64,000 nt of DNA, taken from positions 868,001 through 932,000 of the forward strand of contig JAPDFW010000070.1 in NCBI GenBank assembly GCA_028826165.1, written 5' to 3'. The position numbers and the translations under genes were made by a program. Of this stretch, positions 1 to 14,332 are shown piece by piece; the stretch's first letter is position 1, and every line of letters starts with the position of its first letter. This DNA comes from Anaeramoeba ignava BMAN (lineage: Eukaryota > Protista > Anaeramoebae). The notes under the pieces were generated by a model. That model saw only the letters and a list, made by a program, of their open reading frames with translations, was not told where the DNA came from and searched no databases.

Positions 1-1761
1 TTGGGAATTTGAAAAAAAAAAATGAAACAAATGATTACAAACTTTTTTGTTTTTTGAAAAATTATATTCTGATTAGATTCCCTTTTTTTTTTTATATTAA
101 AATATTATTTAAAAATACTTCCTATTAACAATTTTTTTAGATTAAAATGTCTTTTCTATTATTTTTTTTTCTATTATTTACTGACTAAAAATATCAAAAA
201 AGAATAAAATAAAATAAAACAAAAAATTTAGAAAAACAAATACATACTATTTTTATTTTTATTTTTATTTTTATTTTTAATTTTAATTTTAATTTTTAAT
301 TTTTTTTTTTTTTTAATTTTCCTAATAACTATTTTATAAAAAAAAAAACTAACTTCCTAAATTAATTAAAAAAAAATTTTTTTTTCATTCCACTTTTTTC
401 GTTTTTTTTGTTGATTAAATAATAATAAAAAAAAATACCCACTTTTTATTTTGTTTAAAAAAAAGAATTATTATTTAAATTGAGAAAAAGTTTTTTCAAT
501 TTTCTTACATACTTTTTATTATTAAAAATTAATTTTTTTAATTAATTAAATAAATTAAAAATTATTACATACTATTTTTTTAAAAATGTAAATTATTTTT
601 ATGAGGAATTTAAAAATATTTTTTTCCTTTTTCTTTTTTTTTGTTTGTTTTTTTTTAAAGTTATTTACAAACTGAATACTGTTTTAATTATAAATTTAAT
701 AAAAACTAAAGTTGAATTTCTTTTCTTACAAACTTTTCTCATTATTTAAAATTATTTAAGATTATTTAAGATTATTCAAAATTATTTAAAATTATTTACA
801 TGCTAAAAATTACAAATTTAAATTAAAAAAATTGATCAGGAAAAAAAAATTTTTTTTTTCTTTTTGGATTACCCACTTTTTTTTAATTAAATATAAATAA
901 AAATTTAATTTAATTTAATTTAATTTAATTTAATTTACTTTTGTTAAATTAAAATTAAATTTTTTCTCAATTAAAAATTTAATAATTTCAACTGTAATTG
1001 ATTCATTTTCACAAATATAATGAAATGGAGATTTCTAAATAATAATAAACAAAATTAATAAAAAAGAAAAAGGAAATTATTCTATTGAATTTTTGTAAAA
1101 AGAATTAATTTAAAATTACAACCTTTTTCATATTATTTAATATTTATTTTTTGATTAAGGAAAACTTTTCGATTAAAATAATTTACTTCCTTTAATTTTA
1201 AATTTTAAATTTTTTAATTTTTTAATTTTAATTTTAAAAATAAATTTTAAATTTACATTCTCCTTTTTAATAATTTAATAATTTAGTAAAAGAAATTATT
1301 TATGGAAATAATAATTCTTACATGGAAATAAATAAAATTTTCTCCATTTTCAATTAAATATTGAAGGATTTGGAAATTTATTGGTTTTATTTGTGCAAAA
1401 AATTTAAAAAAAGTTTGTTTTGGTTTATCCTTTTGTTTTTTTTAAAAAAATTAAATACTTAATTTATAAATTTGCTTTTCTTTTTTTTTTTTTTTTTACA
1501 TTTTGTAATGTTTCAAATTCATTTCGAAGAATTTTTAATTCCTTTTCAATTTCTTGATCTAAAATTTGTTTATTTTGAAAAATTTTATTTTGAAAAATTT
1601 TTTATTTGGAAAATTTGTTTTTACTTTCATTCGTTTTTGACATTTTTCTTTAAAAAAAAAGAAAAGAAAAAAAAATGAAAAAATTTTTTATTTTTAATTT
1701 TTAATTTTTGATTTTCTTTCCAAATGAGAAAATAAAACAAAAAAAAAACAAACTGAAAAAT

Positions 1762-4700
1762 TTAAAATATTTTTGGGAATAATTCTCGAAATTTTCGAAA
1801 AACATTAATTAAATCTTGATTTAAATTTTCAAATAATCCAATTATCAAAATTTCAATTAAATCTCTAATTGATTGAATTCCAATCGCTTGATGAAATAAA
1901 TTAATAACTTTATCTATTGTTTGAGAATAAATTTGAAAAGATTTATTTTTCATAATTTCTTTTATATTAACTTGAAAATTTGATTGAACTATTCTATAAT
2001 TAGAAAATGAAGAATGGAAAAATATCTTTGCTATTCATTTCTGTGATATTTAAAGATTGTTCCATAAATTGACTTAAAATTTTTGAAAAAAGAATAATTT
2101 CATTATTTGAATTTTTAAGTTGAGGAAAATGGAGATAATTTTCATTTTCTTTTTCATTTTCTTTTTCTTTTGAATTTGATTTTCGATTTTGAATTTGAAT
2201 TTGAATTTGATTTTCATTTTGAATTTCACTTTGATTTAAATTTTGGTTTTCATTTTCATTCTCATTTAAATCTTCAATTTGTGAAATTTCTTTAAAAGTT
2301 CGGACTAAATCATAGGCAAAATGCTTTTGTTTTTGAGCAAAAATTCCTGGATTTGTCTTTAAAATGTCAGAAATTAAAACCAACCAAATTTCTACAAAGA
2401 AAATAACTTTAATTTTATGAGAATTTTCAAGCTTAATTGAGTAAATCCATTGAATAATCTCATCGATAAATGGGATAAAAAATTGAGCATTTTTCTGAGA
2501 TTGTTTTTGACTATTTTCTTGGAATTTGATCAGAAAAATTGAGCATAAAGAAAGTACGGATCCTGTGATTAAAAACGAATCTTCAAGTGATGGATTATCT
2601 AATAAAGAGAGATGCTTTGATTCTTTCATTTCAATTAACAATTTTGAGAAAGAAGATTGGGGACGAACAAGATATTCTGATATATAAAATTCAAACAATA
2701 TTGCAAATGTGACTTGAGATTCGGTAATTTCGTTTGTTAAAGAACAAGCGAAAAACACTATATTTTGTGTTTCTGTTTTCTTGATAAATTGGAATGTGAG
2801 ATTGAGCATTTTCTGGAGTAAATCTGCATTTAGAATATCAAAAAGCGAAGATATTTGAGTCAGAATATTTGATTTTTTTGATTTGTCTGATGAAATGGCT
2901 TGATTCCAGAATTCAAGATTTTGGAAAAGATGAGATATCAAATAAGAAACATCATTAATTCCTAAATCTGTGTTGCAAATGACTGAGTTATTGTTATTGT
3001 TATTGTTATTTTGATTTCCTTTTTTGGGTGATAATAAATTTGAATCGTTAAGTTGCTTTGGATTTAATCCTTCAAAAGATGATTGGTGAAAATTCTTGTT
3101 TAGAAATTTTTTGTTTAAACCATATTTAGTTGATTTGAGAGAGTTTTCATACTCTATTCTTTGGATTGAAATTGAAATAGCAGTGATGATTGTTGATATG
3201 TAAGAACATAAGTGATTGAAGTTTTCAGGATTTTTAATCTGACCAATAAATTGGATTATAGAGAAAGGAAAAGGGGTATTTTTCTGGTTGAATGTATAAA
3301 CAGAATCCAAAGGGGTGAGCGATGTGTATGGGAGCTTCTTGAGTTCGATATTTTCAAAAGTATTGAAAATACTTGAGCAAATGGAATCAAAGACTGGATG
3401 AGAAATTGTAATTGACTTTGTTTTGCCCAAAATGCTGATGATAAATTCAACCCATTTTAATTTGGAATTGTTGGATATTCTCTTTCTCTCTTTGCGGATT
3501 GAGAGATAAATAATAAAAAGAAGGATATTCTCTTCAACAGCCTTTTGTGAACTGGAATCACCACTAACTAATATACTGTGATCCAGTTTTGGGACAATTG
3601 AAGTGAGGAAATCAAAACTGAGGAATTGATGAATAGCAAGGAATTTCTTGGATAAATCCTCTTCAATCTGGACTTTATACCAGGGCAAGTCGCTGACCAA
3701 CACTGAGCACACATCTGATGAGAAAGAAAAGTCTTCATTGAAAAGATCCAAAAAATGAGAGGCAAAATTCTTCATTGCTGATGGGTCTTGTTTTTGAAGA
3801 GCCAAGATGTACTGAGAAAATATTTTCAGGATGATTTTTTCATTGTTGAAAATTTCGTGAGCAAAATTAAGGTTGAAGTTGTAGTTGTTGATGTGGATTT
3901 TTTCGTGATTTGCAGCAATGAAAAAAGGCTCGAAAATTTTCCAAATAAAATCAAAGGTAAGAACAAATAAATCTTGGTGGTAGTTTCTTAGTGAGGTGTT
4001 ATGGTGATAAAGAATTTTGTTGAGGAAAACAACAAGATAGGGCAGATATCTTGAAAGAGATAAATAAAGCTCGTTTGGGATTTGTGCTGTTTTGGTTTGG
4101 GAGTCAAGAAAGTTGTGGAGAATATCTGCAATTTGATCTGCATTTCCTGCATATACGCAAACACCCAAAATTTCATTGAGGAAAGTCCATACTTGCAGAT
4201 TGACTTTGTTTTCGATTGTTTTATCAAGAATAAACTTGAGAATGTCGGGGAAATTTGATCTGTATATCGTCCTCATTAGGACTTGTATGTTTCTTGAGAT
4301 GTGGAAAAAAAGTCCTGGGAATTTTTCCTCCAAATCAGATGTGAAAATTGATATTTGATTTTTTGCCAGTTCAAGATAGAAGGATTTTTCTCTTTGTGGA
4401 GTTTCGATCCATTTTTGGAAATTGAAATGGATAAACAGAGTGTCGAGCGCCTTTGCGTTTGCTGGAGAGCTTTCTTGGGTGAATGATTCAACAACAACTT
4501 GATACAGCATCATTAGGTTTTCATCCTTTTTGGCTGGATCCATCTCTTTCACAAGAAAGGGAAAAGATGACGGATTGCCGATGATATATTTAGTGATTTT
4601 CTGTGTCTTTTTGACAAAAAAGTGGAACAGTTTGGGAATTGTTTGGTGGAGCAGAATATCAAACAGAGGATCCTCTTGGCATTCGTCTTGGTTGAAACGG

Positions 4701-7700
4701 AGAAGTAATTTAAACCATTTCAAGCCCATTTCTTCGAAATCAATCTTTGATCTGTGTTGGAGATCCAAAACAGCCAAGTCTTGATTTGATTTGTTGGCTC
4801 CATCTTTTATAAATAGCTCCTGTTTTTGCTGCTTTTTATATGCGTAAATGATCCTGTCGATGTAACTTGTGATATTGATCATAGCAGCAATGATATTTGA
4901 TGCGATTTTGTTGTTAGGATTTGTTTTCCGATTTGTGAATTTACTGATTTTCTTGCGGTTGCTAATAAGAACTGCGCAGACCATTTCTCTTGGATACTCC
5001 TGGAAATTGGGCACAAGTGAAATGGGCTTTTCGGTTGTATTTGAAGAAGTGTCTTGGATGGAAATTTCTTTCTTGGCTGCTTTGGTAAATATCCGAGGCA
5101 GTAAATTGATGAAAATTTCGTCTGCTTGCTTGTGAATTGAGGAGTAATATTGGAACTGTTTCGAAGATAATTCGATGATCTTCAAATATTCCTTCATTTT
5201 GTTTGCGTTTTTTTGGAAATCGATTTCAGATGATTTTGAGAAAACAATCTCCTTTTCAAACAAATATGGAGTGGAAACAAAATCATAGTAATTGAGTTGC
5301 TTTGTGTTTTGGCAAACGGTTTTCTTTTTGTGATCAATGGTTTCAAAATCACTATTTGTTTTTGTTATTGGTATGTATTTTTGTCGGGTTTTTTGTTTTG
5401 ATTTGGAGAGTTTTGCGTTGTCTTTTGTTTTTGTATGAAGAAAAGAAAAGATTTCACGGTCGGATTCTTTTTGGATATTTTCAAAACTAATGCTATCATA
5501 ATCATAAGAATTTTTTGTTTTGTTAGACTCATTGTTATTGTTATTAGAATTGTTATTTTTATTGTTATTATTGTTATTATCATCCATATCAATATTTTGT
5601 GTGCTGTCGTAGTTGAAGTCAGAAATTTCTGAATTATTCGATGTGAATATGGTTGTTGTATTATCGTCTTCATAATGAGGGAAATTTTTTTGTGCGATTC
5701 TCTTAATTCTCATAAAAACCCCATTTCTATCAACAAGTTCCATCCACAATTTTGAATTGGGAAGAAATAAACTCTTCAATTTCCCGAAATCATAAAAGTC
5801 AACGTTGCGAAGGAAATGATCTTCGGCAGTTATATACAGTTGTTCAATATCTGTTGCAAGCCAACGTTGCATTGTTGAAAATATTATTGCAGTATCACTG
5901 TTTGAAAAATAGTTTTTTGTTTGGGAAAGAAATTGATTCAAAGATTCTTTTGGAAAATCAACCAATTCAAAAAGTTTTGATCCAAAAAGTAATTCCTTTT
6001 GCGGAAAAGAGCTGCTTTTGTTTGTATACATTAAAAACGAGAAGTAAATTTTGAAAATCATTTGCCAAATTAAAGGAGAAAGAATCGAGTAATTGTGTTG
6101 AGCAAAAAACGACCACCAATAAACGTAATTCAAATGCTGCATGATGAATACGTCTTGCTTCATTGATTTGATTGGTTTATCTGATCTGGTAATGATTTCC
6201 CCAATTGCTTGTGTCAGTTCGCGTTCCATTTCTGTTTCAAATATAAGTGTTTCAAATAAAAAGAATGAAAATTCTGTTGCCAATTTTTCGCAAAATTGCT
6301 GTGAGCATTTTGTGAATGGGAGAAGTGAGGGATGTTCAAATACTTCTTCTCTTAAAAAATGTTGTTTTATTTTATAATTCTTAGTGAAAATGTCTATCAA
6401 ATTTGGTGATTCAGAATTTTCCTTAAAATTCTTCGATTTTTTGAGCTTTGCCTTTTCTTTTTCTTTAAATTTTAATTTTGATTTTGATTTTGATTTTGAT
6501 TTTGATTTTGATTTGGATTTTTATGTTTATGTTTTGAATTTCCGAGTGCAAAAATTTTGAATAAAGAAAATCGTGAATAATTTCTCTGAAATTAAAAATA
6601 AAGGCAGTTCTAAAAAGGGTATCCATTGAGTATAAAATCTTATCCTTTTGATGCCAATCAGGAAAAGATGCGAATGTGAACAGCCAAAATTGGAGAAGAT
6701 CTTCCGATTTGCAAACATAGCGAATTTTCAGAATATCTGACGGGATTCCTTTTGATTGTTCGACAACTTGTGATTCGAAAACCTTTTTCTCTTTTTCTCT
6801 GTGATATATCATGATTGAGGCAATATTTCCGAAAATTGACAACGGATGAAGAGTGTTTGGATCGTTGGGATTTGGTTTTGTAGTCGAACGATTCTCAAAA
6901 ACCTCATCGACTTCTTCTTTTAAGGTATTATCACTATCATAGGAAACAAAATCAAAAAGTTCTAAAGCTTTCATAAAAGAGTCTTCAGTAAAGAAGAAAG
7001 AAAGTAAAGGACTCAAACACTGGTAAAAATAAAAGCTTGCTCTTTTCACTGATTTCCTGCGCAATTTCTGAGTGATTAATTTTGTGTTGTATTCAGGCTT
7101 GTTTGCAAATGATTTGTTATTTATTGCTGCCTGTTTTTTGTTAGTATTTCTATTTTTGATATTTTTTATGTTTAATTGCTGGGAATTTGTTTGTTGAACT
7201 ACATTCATCTGCACAAATTCTGGGATGATATGATAGAGGGTGATTGAAAATTTTGGGATCAAGTCCCTTTCCAAAAAGGCCTTGATAAGTTCTCTTGAAA
7301 AGACAGTGGGAGAATTTCTCACTGAAGATGAATAAAGTCCAAATGCATTTGTTGTGAGTAAAATTGTATTTGCAATGAAAGCATCCAATTTGGTTTTCTT
7401 TGAAATGTATTGTTTTAAGAAGGTGATTTGTGGATCAATTTCCTTTCCTGAAATATCAAATTTCGGGAGTCTTGATTCGCCAAATTTTGTGTATAAATTC
7501 AGTGAATATGCAGTGTCCCAACAAAATTTTGTGAATGTGTTTGTTTCTGATAAAAGGATTTGATTTTTGCTTTTTTTGGAGACTAAAACTGTGATCCAAA
7601 ACTCTGTTAAAATGAGGAGACAAAGACGATGGAGATATGGATGAACAAAAAGTGTTTTTTTCTTTGTTCCAAATATTTCATGGATATTTGCTTGAGGTAA

Positions 7701-9898
7701 ATCAGGATCAATATTTGAATTTGAATTTATATTTGTATTTGAATTTATATTTATATTTGAATCTATATTTGTATTTGAATCTATATTTGTATTTGTATTT
7801 GTATTTGTAAATTGATTAAATTGATTAAATTGATTAAATTCATCTTCATCTTCTTCATCATCTGCAAATCCAAAATTAATTTTGCTAATAATCTCTCTTG
7901 CAAACATGCAAATATGATTTTTTTCACCGCGAAGAATCCATTTTTTCAATATTAAGAAATCGGATATTTTGGGTCTCCATTTATTGAAGGGATAAAGAAG
8001 AAATTTGTGAAAAGATGACACGCTGATAAGGGATTGAATATTATCAATGATATCTAGCAAAAAGGAGATCCAATCCGGGTTACTTTTCATGATTTGAGAT
8101 AACGTCTCTTTAATTGTGGCTCTGCAAAAGGAGTTTGTCTCAGGAATAACAAAACCTGAAATGACCATTTCGAAAATGATGCATTTGACAAGCTCTGGAT
8201 TTGTTTTATTTGTCATTTTCCCATTGAATAGATGACAAAATCTCCGTTATTTTCAAGTGAGGTGATAAATTGCTCTCTTGGTTTTGTTTGTATATGAGAA
8301 ATCATTAAATTAGATGATCTTTTTGTTTCGCCAATTGTGAATTGTTCCCATTGCTTGAATGTTTTGATTTCTAGTTTTGGCGAGAATTCACCGTTATAGA
8401 ACAACAAGAATATTTTCCACAAAGCATCGCCAGAAACAACGTTATATGGGAAATTAATAAGCAACGGACGCAATATCAAAAGAGGGCAATCAAGAACGGT
8501 TTTGATGCCAAAAAGCATGAAATGATCTATAATTGTTTGTTTTGAATAATGCGTATTTGGGATTTTATCAATGGGTTGTCTGCTCAAATAATTTGCCAAT
8601 TCCGATATTGATTGATATATTAATTTGGAAAGTTGCAAAAGATTGAGTTCGTCTTTCAAAACTTGTACGCCAAGTTCGCAAAGACGAAGAATTGTACTTG
8701 TAATTTGAACAACCTCCAAAATGGAGAAATGGGATTGCTTTGTGAAAATGAATAAGAAAAAGTGCTCGAAAGGAATCAAGTGAACAACAGTGAAAAAAGA
8801 TGTTTCGAATTGGGAAAGAGGAGCCTTGATGCTTCTCGAGTTGATATCAATGCGGGATTTTTCTGCAATAGGAATTTCAAGTGGCAAAATATTTTTTTTG
8901 CTTTTTATCATATTTAAGTTTGCAGATTGTTTTTTTTTGAGTGTTTTTTGTAATAGTTTGAAGATGATTAGGAAAATATTTGCCGAATCGATTGTCCATA
9001 TTTTGGGGTTTTGGATCAAGTTTTCGACAAATTTTGTTGAGGAAGGAGAGTTTATGACTGTGTAATATAAAAAGAGCAACTCCTCAATGTAGTTCATGTT
9101 TGTTAAAATAAGTGTGATTTTTTGGATCCAATTGACAAGATATTTTTGAGTTTTTTTCTTTGATTGTTCTTCGCATTCATTTTCTTCGCTTTCGGTTAAA
9201 AAACTTGTCATTTCATTTTGATTTGACAAATAATTAACGGTTGTTTCCTTTTGAAGCGATGAGTATTTACTTTCGAGAAGGAAAATATCGTTAATTAGAC
9301 AGCAAATTGGGTTCAATTGATTTGGTTTTTGGTTTTCATGATGAGAATATTCAAGTTTTTTAGAGTTGAAAAATTGAGCCAAGAATATTTCAATTGATAA
9401 AAGAGAATTTTGCTTTTCTGCTGAAACTAATCGCAATTGGGAATGAACTTTTTCACGGAAACTCGCCATTATATTCTTTAAACCTTCCAACCGACCAAAA
9501 CATTGAGCTTCCAAATACTCAATTTCACTTGATACTAAATAGTCGCCATTTGAATATGTTGGTTTTTCTTTTTGTTTTTTGATTCTCCATGAATTTTTGA
9601 TGAGATCTTTGATTCTTTTATCAAGATTGTTAATTTCCTTTTTCAGTTTTTTTCTTTTTGTAATTGCTTGATAATAATTTTCAATCAATCTCGCAAATTT
9701 TGTTTGTTTTGTTTCGTTTTTTTCAAGATGAATCTATTAACGAGATATTTAAACAAAACAAATTAAAATTCATTCAAAAAAAAAAAATTTTTTTATAAGA
9801 ACATTTATTTTTACAATTTCATATGTTGATATTGCCTTCTTTAAAATGTTTTCATATGAATTTTGAAATTTTAAATCTATTTCTTGGATTCCTTGCAT
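1762..9898 (-). CDS. EPG5: EPG5-like autophagosome-lysosome tether (~2600 aa), broken by probable sequencing frameshifts
   Basis: ATG at 9898; GT-AG intron 9734-9814 joins in frame to ORF 8213-9688, followed by ORFs 6465-8216, 2000-6400 and 1762-1953. Recalled EPG5-like segments: PFNKWRPKISDFLILKKWIL, IISKINFGF, PLIWQMIFKIYF. Frame breaks near 8215, 6460 and 2000 lie in A-runs or microsatellites. Confidence 0.7.
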
Positions 9899-9995
9899 TT
9901 TAAGAAAAAAAAAGAAAAAAAAGAAAAGAAAAGAAAAATGAAAAAAAAATGAAAAAAAATATTTACTTTTTTTTTCTTTTTTAAAAATTAAAAAA
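9899..9995. promoter_or_regulatory. 97-nt bidirectional promoter with TTTCATTTT initiator-like elements on the - strand
   Basis: Lies between divergent ATGs at 9898 and 9996; the same motif precedes most start codons in the window. Confidence 0.55.
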
Positions 9996-11840
9996 ATGTT
10001 TCAGAAAATTTTGGATCAAGAAGAAAAAAAAGTATTAGATTTATTATCAAATATTGGAAATATTGGGAAAACAGAAAAGGAAAGAGAGCAATTAATGATT
10101 TATGAAAGTAAAAAATATGGAAGATATAAAGTGATTGAAAAATTGATTTCAGAGAAAATTTCTGTGAATTGTTTTGATTATTTATCAAAAACACCACTAC
10201 ATTATATTTCATCAAATCACAACAACACAAAAATAATTGAGATGTTAATCAGAGAAGGAGCGAAAGTAGACGCATTAGACAAGTCTCATAAAACACCATT
10301 ACATTATGCATGTCAGAATCACAACTCAAAAGAAGTGATATTTTTACTTGTTGATTTGGGTTCAAGTGTAAATTTAACTGATTCAAATGGAATGAATTCA
10401 CTTCATTATGAGTGTTGTAGTCAATTTTCTCGCATGGAAGTGATCAAGTATCTTATTAACAAAGGAGTGGATATCAACTCAAAGGATCATTTTTCACGAA
10501 CATCATTGAATTATCTTTTACTTGAAAGAACAAAACCAGAAATTATCAAAGAATTTTGCAATTTGGGACAAATTGATTTCCAAAGCAAAGACCATCTCGG
10601 ACAGAGCTTCTTGCACTATGTGTGCTACTATCCAAATCAAGCAGACCTCGACAAGCTTTTCCGTCTTTTTGTCGAGAGCTATTCGGTGGATCCAAATTCT
10701 CAGGATTTTGACCTGAAATCCCCACTTCATTTACTCATTTTGAATTCTTCATCTTTGCCGTTAATTGAATACGCTGTCTCCAAAGGCGCAGATGTCAACT
10801 CGCTCACAAATGATAATAAAACTCCTCTTCATGTCGCCTTTGAGCGCGGCTCTTCTTTTGCTCTTTTTGAGTTTCTTCTGCAAAAAGGAGCAAAAATCCA
10901 CCACAAACCAAAAAAATCAAGCTCAGCACTTGCTCTTGCAATGATAAACAAGATGGAAATCAACGTGATAAGGCTACTTCTTCAGCACTCAGAAAACCCA
11001 AACTGCAAAATCTACGAAAAAAGCCAAGTGAAAACCCCATTAGAAATTTCTATTGAGAAATCAGATGTTGATTTATTTAAATTATTATTGCATTATGGAG
11101 CAAAAACAAAACTTGATCAGATCAAAGATTTAAGTCCCGAATTCCAAAATTGGGCCAAAGTTTATTCTTCACTTATGGAAGATTTCCTGAATCTTTTTTC
11201 TCGTCAAGAACTCACTGATTTTGAAGTAAAATGCAAAAACGGAAAATCAATTGGATTTCATAAGCTTTTTTTTCGACTTCGAACTTCAGATAGTATTGAC
11301 CTTTTTCTTGATGAAAATAATCCTTTTCATAGCAAAATCATCTCCAATTTCCAAGGATTTGCACTTGCTTCAAGTCAAGAAGATGTGGAACTTTTTCTTA
11401 AATTTGTTTATTCTGGAATTTGTTTGCCATCAAAAGAAAAAGAAGTCAAAGAAATGAGCAAAAAAATTGGATTGGCAAAAAACTGGTTTAGAAAAAAGGA
11501 TCATCGAAGAGGACTTCTTTTTGATTTGGAGAAATTGTATCAACATGAAGAAAGTAAAGATTTTGCGATTATTGTTTTTGGAAAAGAAATCAAGGTTCAT
11601 AAAATAGTGTTGCTAGCAAGAAGTGAATTATTTCGAGGGATGTTTTTATCAGTTACAGAAGACCAATCTAATAAAGTTAATGATTATAGTGAAAGATCTT
11701 TTGAAGCAATGAAAGAATTGATTTATTTTCTTTATTTTGATTCCTTATCTAAAGATTGTTCTTTTGAGGTTTCTGAAGAATTAAAAGATGCTGTTGATTT
11801 TTATCAATTAAATTTAAATTCCAATCTTAATCAAAATTAA
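9996..11840 (+). CDS. Ankyrin-repeat plus tandem BTB/POZ protein (putative Cullin-3 adaptor)
   Basis: Multiple TPLH..A/C ankyrin repeats; C-terminal BTB motif KVHKIVLLARSELFRGMF; intronless 614 aa. Confidence 0.9.
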   Translation: MFQKILDQEEKKVLDLLSNIGNIGKTEKEREQLMIYESKKYGRYKVIEKLISEKISVNCFDYLSKTPLHYISSNHNNTKIIEMLIREGAKVDALDKSHKTPLHYACQNHNSKEVIFLLVDLGSSVNLTDSNGMNSLHYECCSQFSRMEVIKYLINKGVDINSKDHFSRTSLNYLLLERTKPEIIKEFCNLGQIDFQSKDHLGQSFLHYVCYYPNQADLDKLFRLFVESYSVDPNSQDFDLKSPLHLLILNSSSLPLIEYAVSKGADVNSLTNDNKTPLHVAFERGSSFALFEFLLQKGAKIHHKPKKSSSALALAMINKMEINVIRLLLQHSENPNCKIYEKSQVKTPLEISIEKSDVDLFKLLLHYGAKTKLDQIKDLSPEFQNWAKVYSSLMEDFLNLFSRQELTDFEVKCKNGKSIGFHKLFFRLRTSDSIDLFLDENNPFHSKIISNFQGFALASSQEDVELFLKFVYSGICLPSKEKEVKEMSKKIGLAKNWFRKKDHRRGLLFDLEKLYQHEESKDFAIIVFGKEIKVHKIVLLARSELFRGMFLSVTEDQSNKVNDYSERSFEAMKELIYFLYFDSLSKDCSFEVSEELKDAVDFYQLNLNSNLNQN

Positions 11841-11884
11841 AGAAGAAATGAAGAAAATAAATCCAAATCCAAATCCAAATCCAT

Positions 11885-12985
11885 ATAAATTTTATATTAA
11901 TTTATATCAATTTTATATTAATTTTAAATCAATTTTAAATCAATTTTAAATCAATTTTATATTAATTTTAAATCAATTTTAAATCAATTTTAAATCAATT
12001 TTAAATCAATTTTATATCAATTTTAAATCAATTTTAAATTAATTTTATATCAATTTTAAATCAATTTTATATTAATTTTATATCAATTTTAAATCAATTT
12101 TATATCAATTTTATATCAATTTTAAATCAATTTTAAATCAATTTTATATCAATTTTATATTAATTTTAAATCAATTTTAAATCAATTTTATATCAATTTT
12201 ATATTAATTTTATATCAATTTTATATTAATTTTATATTAATTTTATATTAATTTTATATCAATTTTAAATTAATTTTAAATCAATTTTAAATCAATTTTA
12301 AATCAATTTTAAATCAATTTTATATCAATTTTAAATTAATTTTATATCAATTTTAAATCAATTTTAAATCAATTTTATATTAATTTTTATATCAATTTTA
12401 AATCAATTTTAAATCAATTTTAAATCAATTTTAAATCAATTTTAAATCAATTTTAAATCAATTTTAAATCAATTTTATATCAATTTTAAATCAATTTTAA
12501 ATCAATTTTATATTAATTTTAAATCAATTTTAAATCAATTTTAAATCAATTTTAAATCAATTTTAAATCAATTTTAAATCAATTTTAAATCAATTTTAAA
12601 TCAATTTTAAATCAAATTTATATCAATTTTATATCAATTTTAAATCAATTTTAAATCAATTTTATATCAATTTTAAATCAATTTTAAATCAATTTTAAAT
12701 CAATTTTATATCAATTTTAAATCAATTTTATATTAATTTTAAATTAATTTTAAATCAATTTTATATCAATTTTAAATTAATTTTAAATCAATTTTAAATC
12801 AATTTTATATCAATTTTATATCAATTTTATATCAATTTTAAATCAATTTTAAATCAATTTTATATTAATTTTAAATCAATTTTATATTAATTTTATATCA
12901 ATTTTAAATTAATTTTATATCAATTTTATATCAATTTTAAATCAATTTTATATCAATTTTAAATCAATTTTATATCAATTTTAAA
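11885..12985. repeat. 12-mer tandem repeat (TTTTAAATCAAT and variants) between convergent genes
   Basis: Directly visible array of about 1.1 kb. Confidence 0.95.
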
Positions 12986-13172
12986 TCTAAAATCAAGAAT
13001 TTTGAAGATTAAGTCATTTATGAAGGATTTCTTTTATTAAAATGGATTAAAAACTTTCATTAGAAATCAAAAAAAGAAAGTAAAAAAGAAAGTAAAAAAA
13101 AAAGAAGAAGTAAAAAAAAAGAATTTTTGGAAAGAAAAAAATTGAAAATATTGAGGTAAATAAACTTGTAAT

Positions 13173-13839
<667 letters not shown>

Positions 13840-14332
13840 TCAATTTTAATTTTATATTTTAATTTAATTTTTTTTAATTTTATATTTAAATGAATGACGT
13901 GATTCAATTTTATTTATTTTATATAATATTTATATTTATTATTTGTATTTAATTTTATATTTAATATTTATATTTAATTTTATATTTAATTTTGTATTAA
14001 ATTTTATATTAAATTTTATAATTAATTTTATATTAAATTTTATATTAAATACCTATAAAAAATAGTAAAATAAAAGGAAAATGAAAAGAAAAATGAAAAA
14101 ATTAAAATTAAAAAAAAATTTTTTTTTCTTTTTTTTTTGTTTTTTTTTTTTTAATTAAAAAATAATTAGCTAATTTTGAAAAAAAATTAATCATTTGTTT
14201 TTTTTATTTTATTTTCTTTCTTTTTTTTTGAATTGAAAATTAAATCAAAAATTGAAATTATTTTGAATGAGAATTGATTTAAAAAATTGATTTAGAAAAT
14301 TGATTTAAATTGAATTAAAAGAAAAAAGAAGA

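Noticed and set aside
1-1700. Possible gene or ncRNA in the first 1.7 kb, including ORF 1472-1678
   Set aside because: No convincing reading frame, splice model or RNA structure; only T/A tracts and scattered motifs.
8205-8225. Programmed frameshifting or overlapping stop-start (ATGA) translation in EPG5, with similar breaks in Rab24, Rab32, CENP-C and the C2 gene
   Set aside because: Nearly all breaks are single-base indels in A-runs, and correcting them restores expected ends such as CC*. Long-read consensus error is the simpler explanation; raw reads would settle it.
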